Below, in pieces: positions 11,140 to 21,600 of a DNA stretch of 64,000 nt (position 1 is the stretch's first letter; every line of letters starts with the position of its first letter). The DNA is from Carcharhinus amblyrhynchos. Taxonomy: Eukaryota. Below the pieces are notes generated by a model. That model was given only the letters and a program-made list of their open reading frames with translations. It was not told the DNA's origin and searched no databases. The position numbers and the translations under genes are program-made. The stretch covers positions 30,132,001-30,196,000 of the forward strand of contig OZ336888.1 in the NCBI GenBank assembly GCA_965287045.1, read 5' to 3'.

Positions 11140-12040
11140 CGAGGGCTGGTTGTTGTCTGGTGGGTGGGGAGGGCCGATCATTGTCTAGTTGGGGGAAAGG
11201 AGGAGGGAGGCAGGTCAGATCATTCTCTGCTGAGGGAGTGGAGAGGGAAATGGAGACGGATCAGATGTTCCCCTTAGGGGGGAGAGCGAGGCCAGATCAT
11301 TCTCTGTGGGGGAGAGGGGGGCAGTGAGGACAGATCATTCTGCGGAGGGCAGGGCAGTGAGGGCAGATAATTCTCAGGGTGGGGGGTGGGCGGGGAGAGT
11401 GAGGCCAGATCATTTTCTGGGGGGAGGGGGGGGAGGAAGGAGCCAGATAAGATGTATCTCTGGTGGGAGGGGTTCTGCAGGGCAGATGGATCTCTGGTGG
11501 GGGATATGGAGGGGGGCAGCAGGGTCCGCTGCCACTCTGAGGGCAATCATGGGGGGGAAGGGGGCAGCGGGTCGTAATTGGTCTGGGTAGTGGGTGGGGT
11601 GGATAAGGGGGACAGTGAGGTCTGTGGGGGCCATCACTCCCAGGCCACTTTACCCGCTTTTTGCAGCTTGGGAATGATCTAACACAGGTGCACTTCTTCA
11701 AATCTTTTTCTAATTGCGCATGCGTAGTTCAGAGCTCTGATTGTTTTGGGCGTGATAAACCCCACCCACAGCGTGAATGGGGTCCGCGATTTTATTTTTC
11801 AGGCTAAGTGCATATGGGGACGCCTGAAAGTAGACTTCCAAGTCAGATCTGAATTGTGCCCAGATTCAGCACTTAGAATGAAAATTATAAAATCAGGCCC
11901 AAAGTTCCATTCCTCCTTCCAAAGTGCATAACCTCACACTTTTCCACATTGTATTCTATCTGCCACTTCTCTGCCCACCATCCTAACCTGTCCAAGTCCT
12001 TCTACAGTCCCTGGCTTCCTCAACATTACCTGTCCCTCTA
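10136..12040 (-). mobile_element. CR1 LINE 3' portion (10136-10673 and 11902-12040), interrupted by a MITE
   Basis: QRRFTKMIPGMKSLSYEERLRTLGLYSLEFRRMRG; KCEVMHFG-like segment at about 11920. Confidence 0.88.
10674..11901. mobile_element. Non-autonomous TIR element (Harbinger-like MITE) with G-rich core
   Basis: Imperfect TIRs tggaccctatttt / aaaatcaggccca, splits a CR1, G-run core at 10940-11630. Confidence 0.6.
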
Positions 12041-12293
12041 TTCATGGTCAAACATCAGAAGCAATCATTAAATCACTGAAGGAATTTCTTGCCACACACA
12101 GCATTCCAGATTTAGTAGTTTCAGACTAGTGATTTCCAACCTTTCATATGTCTTGGGACACCTCCTATACGATAAAAAAAATTGAGGCACATCTTATTTT
12201 CTCTGTCTTCTTCCCTTACTGGGAACATTATTTTTAATTCCTCCCTGCCCTCTTGCTTGTTTGTTTTAACCTCTCCCTGTCTCACTCACTTCT

Positions 12294-12698
12294 AAGAGCG
12301 TATTAGGTAGCCGCCCTCAACCGGGATCTGGAGTTCATGTCACACTATCTGTAATCCCCATGACTTGCCTGGGCTTGTAAAATCTCACTTACTGTCCTGT
12401 CTGGAGATAATACACATCTCTTTAACCTGTGCTAATGCCACCTCCACCCACATTGTCTGCATCTTTAAGACTTGAATAGCAGGTTAGCTGCAAAGATTTG
12501 CATTCTAATCAGTATTCTGTAAACTGTGTGTGTCTTTATATGCCTTTCTCTGATCAGGACCTTCCACACACCTGACGAAGGAACACCGTTTCCGAAAGCT
12601 TGCGGGATTACTATCAAATAAACTGGTTGAACTTAAACCTGGTGTTTTGAGACTTCTTACTGTGTTTAGCCCAGTCCAACGCTGGCATCTCTACATCA
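12294..12698 (+). mobile_element. Penelope-like pLTR copy (same family as 6264-7100) with hammerhead at about 12564-12607
   Basis: Collinear with 6716-7097; cctgacgaaggaacaccgtttccgaaagctt; TSD-like tcactcacttct at 12282-12293 and 12696-12707. Confidence 0.88.
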
Positions 12699-12759
12699 CT
12701 CACTTCTCCCAGGGCTTTTGCACCCTTTGAGTTTTTGAGGACAAAGAAGGAGTAAGAAC

Positions 12760-14070
12760 TCACTGCGCAGGGGTAAAGATAGCCAGACCTGCAATGGACA
12801 CACCGTGCTGGGAAAGGATAAAGAGAGAGCCAGGTTCGGGGCCTTCACTTACCTTCTTAGGAGTAGAGACAGCCGGACCTGTGAGGGACACACTGTGCTG
12901 AGGCAACACACTGAGTATGAAAGCATTTCAGGAGTGAGATTACAGGAAAGCAGCAATTTCATTGATTGGTAAATAACTACTAATTTGAATTATCTATTCT
13001 AAGTTACTTTCAAATCAAAGATTAGAAGGAAAATATTTTACAGATTAAAAAACTGAAAGCCTGCTGATTTAAAAAAATACACATTAAAAAAGAATTAAAT
13101 AAAATAGCGACGGAGGGTCAGGCAACATGTTGTACTTGCATGATGTGGGAACTGGGGGACCTCATTGTGGTTCCTAGTGAACATATCTATAGTAAGTGTT
13201 GATTGCTTGAGGAATAGCTGCTCAGAATTGAACAGCTGGAGTCTGAGCTTCGGATGTTGCAACACATCAGTGAGGGAGAGAGCTACTGTGTTTCAGGAGT
13301 CAGTCACACTCCTTAGATTAACTACCTTGAATTCAGTCCATGGTCAGGGACAGGAGGTTATGACTGTGAATGAGACAGGTAGAGAGATCCAAGGGACAGC
13401 ACTGCAGGAACCTCAGTCCTTGTCCCTGGCTAACATTTATGAGATTCTTGCTCCTTGTGTAGATGAGAGAGGGGACTGTAGGAAAGATGAACAAGCTGAC
13501 AATGACTCAATGAAGACCACATGGTTCAACGAGCCGTTCAAGTGGGGAGAGAAAAGACAAATGTAGTGGGGATAGTACAGTCAAGGGAATAGACACTGTT
13601 CTCTGTAGCCAGAATCCAGAGTCTCAAAGGCTGTGTTTGGTGACCGGTGCCAGGATTTGGAACATGTGGACTGGGCTGGAGAGGAACTTAAGGTGGGAGG
13701 GGGAGGATCCAATGGTCATGGTCCATGCAAGCACCAACAATATTGGTAGAACAAGGAAGGGGGTTCAGTGTACACAATTTGAGTAGTTAGGCACTGAATT
13801 AAAGAACAGTGCCTCCAAGGTGATAATTCTGGATTATTACCTGAGCTATGTGCAAACTGACAAAGGGTACGTAGAATTATAGCAATGAATACATGGCTCA
13901 AAGTCTGGTGTGGGAAGAGTGGTTATTGGTTTGTGGGACATTGGTATCAGTATTGGGGAAAATGGGGGGTATACCATCAGGACAGCCTGTATCTGAATCA
14001 TGTTAGGACTAATGTTCTTGCGGACTGTATAACTTGGGGAGTAGAGAGGGCTTTAGACTAAAGAGTCGGG
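12760..14070 (+). mobile_element. CR1 LINE 5' UTR and decayed ORF1 (Cys-rich finger, leucine zipper, SGNH esterase-like)
   Basis: CCTCMMWE..ICSKC-like finger, LEQLESEL zipper, GDSTVKGID and GARI esterase-like motifs. Confidence 0.7.
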
Positions 14071-14429
14071 GTGAGGGTTGCTTGAAAAATTGGGAAGTCA
14101 AAGTGAAAGATAGGAGGAGTGCAGGTGAGTGATCTGTCTGAATGTCAACAGAAAACTACAGGTAGGGACAGATCATATGAACATTACATCAAGGACCCAT
14201 ATAGGAGGCCTAACTAGGAGGGGGAAAGTTCAGAAAATAGAAGGTTTAAAAAATCTGGGGTATATGAGGGAGTGCGCCACAGGATAATGAGAGAGAACTT
14301 GACTATCAGTGTGACAGGCCAGGGCAGGAAACATAAAACAGAAGTATGCAATACAGAGCAAATTCAGAGTTGTAAACAACTAGAAGACTGTTTAACATTT
14401 ATTATTGACAAGATGTTGGGATCATTAAT

Positions 14430-14605
14430 CAAAGAGAAAAAGAACAAAGATCAATACAGCATTGGAACAGACCCTTCGGCCCACCCAGCCTGCAGTGATA
14501 TGTGGTTTCTATCGCTCTGTTCGCTTCCCATTCATGTGTCAATCAAAATACATCTTGAACGTTGCTAACGTGCCTGCTTCCACCACCTCCGCCGGCAGTA
14601 AGTTC
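14430..14605 (-). mobile_element. CR1 3' UTR fragment
   Basis: aaagaacaaaga..tacagca..ggaacag.cccttcggccc tail in reverse orientation. Confidence 0.65.
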
Positions 14606-14835
14606 CAGTGTGAATACAATTGTGGCTTTTTGAAACAGAACATTGCACAGTCAGGCAGCAACAGCCTGCGATAAAGATGGAACATGAGAAAGAAAAGTTA
14701 CGAATTGATTTTAGAGGGTGGCACGGTGGTTAGCACTGCTGTCTCACAGCGCCAGGAACCGGGTTCAATTTCCAGCTGATATCCATGTGGCAAAATCCTG
14801 CCAGGTTTCATACGCAAGTGGATATCAAGCTTATT

Positions 14836-14992
14836 ATGTTCTTATAGGCAAGGGGATTAAGGGTTATGGGGAGAGGGCGGGAAAGTGGAACTGAGCCACA
14901 ACAGATCAGCCATGATCTTATTGAATGGCGGGGCAGGCTCGAAGGGCTGGATGGCCTACTCCTGCTCCTATTTCTTATGTTTATGTTCTTAA
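14836..14992 (+). mobile_element. Young CR1 3' end fragment
   Basis: Near-identical to the reverse complement of 63357-63505, ttcttatg tail. Confidence 0.85.
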
Positions 14993-15109
14993 GTAATGTA
15001 ATAGATGCTGAACATTTGGTTTAAGCATTGATAAAAGAAATTGTGTTTAACTATCTAAAGTAAACTTTGTGCATTTATATGCTAGTAGAGATTAACACAC
15101 ACAGGTTTG

Positions 15110-15355
15110 TCCAACAGCTACAACATAAAGGGCCAATCATTTAAAACTGAGGTGCATAGAAATTTCTTCTCGCAAAGGATAGTGAATTTCTGGAATTCTC
15201 TTCCCCAAAGGGCGGTAGAGACTACATCATTAGGAGTATTTGAATTAGAGGTGGATAAATATTTGATAGGTCAAGCAATAGAGGGCAATGGGGAAATTGT
15301 GCAGAAAAGAAGTTTAGGCCGGAATAGATCAGCCATGATTGTATTGAATGAAAGT
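15110..15355 (+). mobile_element. CR1 ORF2 C-terminal fragment
   Basis: FKTEVHRNFFSQRIVNFWNSLPQRAVE. Confidence 0.8.
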
Positions 15356-15399
15356 CCTGTTACAAAATTTTAACAACAATAATAATCATACAAAGCAAT

Positions 15400-16930
15400 A
15401 ACTCCCTTAATCTTTTATTCCCTACACTTCTTCGCTGTTTTCTCCCAGTATCTGCAGCAGAGTTGGAAGCAGTCTTCTGGCAAGTTTGCCCTTTAGTCTT
15501 GGATGACTTCGGCAGGTATCCTCTGGAGACCAGACATTGGGAGGGCCCCAGCTTCCTTTGGCTCTTTTGATGTAAGGCAGGTATTCCCTTCAGTCACAGA
15601 GGACAAAGCTGAAGGGGTCACAAGCAAGAGGGATTCTGAAGGAAAGTACTGAATGAAAGTCCCAGAGGTATCCAACAGAATGTGAGACCCTGCCTGAACT
15701 AGATCTGGTATCTGTCTCTAGGCAGGTGGAGGGTGCATGTGCCTGCTGTGATGATTCTCCAAGTGCACTTTTGTCCTCCTCCCCAATGTCCTCAGTTCTC
15801 TGTGGACTGGATGAATTTCTGGACAGAGCATCTTCTCCTGGCCTCACCCTCTTCCTTCAGGCACCTTAAATGAGGGAGGAAAGAGAGCAAGTGACTGCAT
15901 GAGCTGCAGTCATCAAGGAGCAAAGCATGATCTAGAGGTTTCTATCTGACTATATTATACATGGAATCTTTACTGGATGGGTGAAGCTTCTCCATCTGCA
16001 TGGTTCACCCCTTTAGCTACCAGCAGAGCTGCCGGCTCCTCAAAATATATAATGTTTCTCAGCGCAGGCTCCCTTATGTCTTCACTCTCCCTCTCTCTCT
16101 ACTGCTGTGCTGTAACTTCTCCTATGCAAAGAGAGAAGATAATGTTAAGAGCAATGGGGCTTCATGCATCTTTCTCATGCTTTCAGTCTCATAAATAACC
16201 TACTGGATTGTATGCCATATGATTCATGGACTGCAAGTTCTCCACAAGGGTTCTGAGGCAGAGTGTGTGATCCTATGCAGATATCCTATGTTCATAGAAA
16301 CATATCATTGACAGTACTTGCTGGTGCCCTCAACACCTAACTTACTTCCCCACCCCTAGGCAGCGGCTGAGCTGTCTGTGTTGAAGGATCAGGGACCCAC
16401 AGCAGCCTCTTCATCTGCAGACTTGATGGACTACAGTGGGTCTAAGAAGGATTACCTTATTATGTTGAGCAGCTGTTTTATGTTTTGGTCCACCCTTGCC
16501 ATTGAAATCCATACCCTCCACATTCAGTGAGATGTGTGAGGAGTTGAGGGAATACTTATCTTGGTAGCATAGATGAGATCATTCATCTACTTCCAGTATC
16601 GCAGGGAATCCTTCAGTGAAAAATAACAGCACTGACCACCCTGGTGACTTCTTCCCACGCAGGGTTGGTCACAAGGTTCAGTCTCGTCCTTCCATTTTCA
16701 TGGTATGGAATGCCTCTCTTGGCCTCTATAACATTGAGCAGCACATTGAGGGAAGTGTCACTGAATTTAAGAGCTGGAGCTCCCTGGGATCAGTGGGCCA
16801 TCTCCTCCTTCCATGATGGATTCACGTGAAAGAAGTTGATGTCCAGGTGCCTTTTACATATTACACCTGAATATGATGGTGCAGCGCACATCATTCACCA
16901 TGCATGTCGTGCATTACATCAAGAAACCCC
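15400..16930 (-). mobile_element. Decayed PIF/Harbinger remnant encoding a Myb/SANT-like protein
   Basis: Minus-strand translation of about 16560-16790: APALKFSDTSLNVLLNVIEAKR...TNPAWEEVTRVVSA, then a frameshifted K.MNDLI. Confidence 0.6.
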
Positions 16931-17129
16931 TGATTGCATAATTAATCAGCCCAGCATCACATGAATTTTCACTGGGCTCTGCAGTGGTAAACACTCCTGG
17001 TTCCCGCCCCCACTGCAGGACTTAATGACAAGGGCACCATCCATCTGGCCCATACATAAAAGAGCTACTCAACATGAGATGGTAATGTCCCGTGGAAAAT
17101 CCCAGACATACAGAAAATCCCCGGCTTAT

Positions 17130-17400
17130 GTACCACATTATCAATTTTGTATCATGTGCAAACTTCAGGATTGTACTTCCTGCACCCAAGTCGTTTACAA
17201 ACAACAAGAAAGCTAATACTGGTATCAGGGAATCCCATTGCACATTTCCTCTGTAGCTAGAAAACCACTACTCTCTGCCTCTTAAAAGTTTAACTGACTA
17301 CTTACCCAAGTTTATCACCATTCCGTATAATATCATGTGCTTCTATTTTCCAAATAAATCTGTTAGTGGTATATCATTAAATGCCTTTTGAAAATCTATA
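17130..17400 (-). mobile_element. Highly decayed CR1 RT fragment
   Basis: LLFVNDL..STILKFAHDTKL; DFQKAF-like motif. Confidence 0.6.
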
Positions 17401-18339
17401 CCTTCCATAGAACTAACACCCATACTGGAATTTTCAGACTAGATAAAGCAATAAATCAGTTGAATTATTCAAAGGTCCATTAAACACAAGTTTTCAAAAA
17501 ATATGTAAGTTTATTGATGTTATATTTCTGTATTTTAAATGAACTGCTCATACATGTACAAATTACTATAAAATCTGTTGAAAACCACTGTGTACTCCAT
17601 ATTGCACTGAACCCACAAAGCCTAACAGGTGATAAGAGAACTGCATCTTTAAAATTTGAATAAATACTCTGGTTTTAGCAACTGTGCCACAGAAGTGCAA
17701 GAGGGAGAGGCCTGTATTTATCAATCTGCTCCACCATATAAAATTCTAGGATGGTTTATAATGTAAAAAGGGCAGCACCCATAACATTTACAGTGTTACT
17801 GCAGACAAAGCTTGAGAGAGAAATTGAATTTCAAAGAGTGCCTTGTTCTTCAGCTGAGATGCAGGTAGTTTGACCAAAGATAATTATTTAATGTTGACCT
17901 GTTTCTTCATCAATTTCCCATTTTCTCCACTGTCAACTGACTTCTTAGACATAGATTCCCATTGCAATTTGAACATGCTGATGTTAGGTCCATTTATGAT
18001 ACTTGTGCAGCCTATTTACCTGCATCGTGCTGATATACGTACTAACAATACACACTGCAAGGATTGCAACGTGAGTTGTGGGGTACAACAAGTTTCTCTC
18101 ATAACATTGGAATTTCACAATACAGCTGGAAGGAAACTGAAACAGCTTGCATTTGAAATTCCTTCATCTTCACAAATTACTTCTATTTCCAGAATTGGTC
18201 AGAATTTTTAAACTTTGATTTCTGATATCCTCGTTTGTACTTATTTACAGACATATAAAGTATCTGCTCATACATTTAAGTATCCTTTAATGTAACATAC
18301 CAGAATTAAAGTAAACAAAATAGAAATATAACACACTAC

Positions 18340-18435
18340 CTTTAGTGCAGCTGGCCAAGGTAAGAGGAAAATAATATCTTCCACACCTGCCAAATGTATA
18401 TCAGTCTCATCATCCAATTCCCCTCGTTCCAGGCG
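18340..18435 (-). CDS. FBXL13: FBXL13 coding exon, start of F-box (RLERGELDDETDIHLAGVEDIIFLLPWPAALK)
   Basis: tctctccttatag / gtagtg, 96 nt. The LLP...LK motif is the start of an F-box. Confidence 0.9.
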
Positions 18436-18845
18436 CTATAAGGAGAGAAAAATAGCAGCATATGTAAGACACAGTGAAATCTGACATTATGGCAACACAC
18501 AAAATTTTTAAAAATCATGCATTAAAGCATTATCTCTTTAACGTTAATGCAAGATAGTGCAAGTAGTCATTTTGACAGTCACTTGTTGCAGCATAAATTG
18601 GATGTCTGATAACTTTCAGCAGGAATCTCAAGCTCCTGCAACTTCAGCACTTTGTACGATAGCATAGCTTCTGCAGCAAGGCAGAACCAGTAGCACTGGA
18701 AATGCCCATGTCAAGCAAACACTTAATTATTTACTAGCGTATCATCCTGCAAGGCAATTCTCGTAATCTCAAGAACAGCAACAAATTTGATCTATATAGT
18801 GAATTTAATATACGCTTATGCTGACATGATGCATAATTTAACAGT

Positions 18846-19191
18846 GGGCGGCACGGTAGCACAGTGGTTAGCACTGCTGCTTCACAGCTCCAGGGACCTG
18901 GGTACGATTCCTGGCTCGGGTCACTGTCTGTGTGGAGTTTGCACGTTCTCCTCGTGTCTGCATAGGATTCCTCCGGGTGCTCTGGTTTCCTCCCACAGTC
19001 CACAGACGTGCAGGTTAAGTTGATTGGCCATGCTAAAATTGCCCCTTAGTGTCCTGAGGTGCTTAGGTTAGAGGGATTAGTGGGTAAAATATGTAGCGAT
19101 ATGGGGGTAGGGCCTGGGTGGGATTGTGGTCGGTGCAGACTCGATGGGCTGAAGGGCCTCTTTCTACACTGTAGGGTTCTATGGTTCTATG
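18846..19191 (+). mobile_element. Full-length HE1-type SINE
   Basis: gggcggcacggtagcacagtggttagcactgctgc head, V-domain-like body, (ggttctat)n tail. Confidence 0.92.
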
Positions 19192-19309
19192 GGTGGAAGG
19201 GGTTGTGAAATTATCAGTCTTAGAGGCCTGGTAATTACATTCAAATTTATGAAAATGGGGTACCCAATATTGAACATATGGATTCCCATTACATCATTGG
19301 GGGGGGTTT

Positions 19310-19760
19310 GTTTGATTTGTTTTGATTTATTATTGCCACATGTATTAACATACAGTGAAAAGTATTATTTCTTGTGCGTATTACAGGCAAAACATACCAT
19401 TCGTAAAGAAGGAAACGAGAGAGTGCAGAATGTAGTGTTACAGTGATGGCAGTCTTCTGAGAAAGTAAAGGCATTAGTGGGGTTTCTTAACTATAGTGTC
19501 GGCGTAGGGGTACCAGGACAGGTTTTTGTAATCTGGACACCTAAAAACTTGAAGCTCTCAACACTTTCCACTTCATCCCTGTTGATGTAGAGGCATGTTC
19601 TCCTTTAGGCTTCCTGAAGTCGATGACAATCTCCTTCGTTTTGTTGACATTGAGGGAAAGATTATTGTTGCCGCACAGATTCTCTATCTCATTCCTTAAC
19701 TCTGTTTCATCATTGTTTGAGATCCGACCCACTACAGTGGTCTCATCAGCAAACTTCCTA
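19310..19760 (-). mobile_element. Rex1/Babar-like LINE 3' fragment, internally deleted
   Basis: [36 protein letters not shown], (TCAAA)n tail. Confidence 0.8.
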
Positions 19761-20409
19761 ACCTTACTAATTGTGGTCTGTGAGTTAGGAACTTCAAGAT
19801 CCAGTTGCAGAGAGAGGGGCTGAGGCCCAGACCACGGAGTTTGGAGTTGAGACCTTGGGCCTTTTGCAAAATTTCCCACTCTCATCACTGAATCTGAATG
19901 GGAGCAGAAAATCCTGGCCTTTGCTTCCATTCCATTTGAGGAAGAGAGTTCCAAACACTCATCATCCTCTGAGAGAAAAAGTTTCACCTCATCTCTGTCT
20001 TAAATGCATGACCCAGAAATAACCTTTCCATCTCTATACTGAATGTGGAACAGATGGGGATTGATATCTTGTAGGGAGGAAAGGGGTGGTGGACACTCCC
20101 GATTTGCACAAAATATGCATATCCTCCATTTAGCGAATACCCCCGTTTTTCACACCTTTTCAAAACTGTTACAATTCCAGTTGATATTGATATTCCAGCT
20201 GAATGGGAAGATCCCAGAATGGAATTCTGGCTTAAAGGACTGTAATTTTTATTTTTTATGGAAAATGTGGATAAATTGAGTCATTGGAATGCCAATTGAC
20301 TTTTAACAACAGAAGAAAGCAAAATGTTTGACCGTTATATGCCTTCATTCCAACTAATCTGCATAAATGTATACAGATTTCAAAGGAACACAGATTACAC
20401 AATATATCC

Positions 20410-21212
20410 CAGAAGTTCTCAACCAGTGTGTTGCAGAATATTGGTGTGCTGTGGAGGCCCCACAAGTATGCCACAAAATAAGATTAAAAATTATTAAACA
20501 TTAATGTAAATAAACTAAATCTAATCTTTGCTTTCAAGTCAGCACCTCCAAGTCCCAATGAACCATGAGCCTTTCAAGTATGCAGCAGCTGGGAATGGGC
20601 CGCACTTGCACGGTTCATGTTTTTTACATTGCTCAGCCACATGCATCTGTGCCTGGACCTAACTGATGTAAAAATTCAGAATTGCACATGTGTGGCTGGT
20701 GCATGCACAGATTACCAACATAAAACATTCTGACCTGTACATGTGCAGCCCTTCCCTGGCAGACGCACACACATAAAATCTTAAGTTTCTTGGGAATTTG
20801 AGATCCCACCTGCAATTGATGATAAAGGCTACATGCACCTGCACAAAAACACAAAAAGGGCACAAATGGTTGGGAGAAGCAAGGGAGGTGGGGAGAGGTT
20901 GAAAATAAAACAGGAGAGAAGATGGGGAGAAGTTAAAAAATAAGTTCCCAATAACAGAAGAAGATAGAGGTAAGAAACAGGAATCAATAAAATTAAGAAA
21001 AGGAGAAACAGGCTGTAATATTTTATTTGACATGCAAATGATGATTAGGCTTTCATTGTAACTTCTTAAATTAATGAAAATTGTATTAAATTGTGGCTTG
21101 ACATGTTTTTAGACATTGAAAAGGCAGTTCAGTTGATGAAAATAGAAGGTGTGCCTCAAAATTTTCTATAGTATAAAGGTGTGTCATAACGTAAAAAAGA
21201 TGGGAACCACTG
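20410..21212. mobile_element. Non-autonomous hAT (Charlie-like) DNA transposon
   Basis: TIRs cagaagttctcaacc / gatgggaaccactg; 8-bp TSD atatatcc (20402-20409) / atatatct (21213-21220). Confidence 0.8.
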
Positions 21213-21265
21213 ATATATCTTATACAATAATGTTCTCGGTAAATACAAAGTCCCTATTACCCAAA

Positions 21266-21600
21266 GACGGCATGGTGGCACAGTGGTTAGCACTGCTGCC
21301 TCACAGTGCCAGGGAACTCAGTTCGATTCCTGACTTGGGTCACTGTCTATGCAGATTTTGCATGTTCTCCCCATGTCTGCATGGGTTTCCTCTGGGTGCT
21401 CCTGTTTCCTCTCACAGTCTGAAAGAAGTGCTGTTTGGGTGCATTGGCCATGTTAAATTCTCCCTCAGTGTACTCAATCAGGCGCTGGAACAAAGAACAC
21501 AGAACAACACAGCACGGGAGTATGGCAAGTAGGGGGTTTCCACAGTAACTTCATTGCAGTGTTAATGTAAGTTACTAGTGACACTAATAAATAAACTGAA
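21266..21600 (+). mobile_element. HE1-related SINE variant with alternative 3' tail (..gtgacactaataaataaact)
   Basis: tRNA-like head; tail matches the reverse copy at 34547-34805. Confidence 0.85.

Larger units (their letters stand above)
9895..12126 (+). mobile_element. Gypsy integrase remnant (9895-10135 and 12041-12126) split by a CR1 insertion
   Basis: Joined halves read FVDDYSGWIEVKCLH-GQTSEAIIKSLKEFLATHSIPDLVVSD; ttcat is duplicated at the junctions. Confidence 0.75.

Noticed and set aside
10957-11701. Gly- and Pro-rich ORFs (also 42852-43481)
   Set aside because: Artefacts of G-rich low-complexity sequence lacking stop codons
18846-18920. tRNA gene (also at other SINE heads, 45825-45895 and 48310-48370)
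   Set aside because: A/B boxes run into SINE bodies; these are tRNA-derived SINE heads
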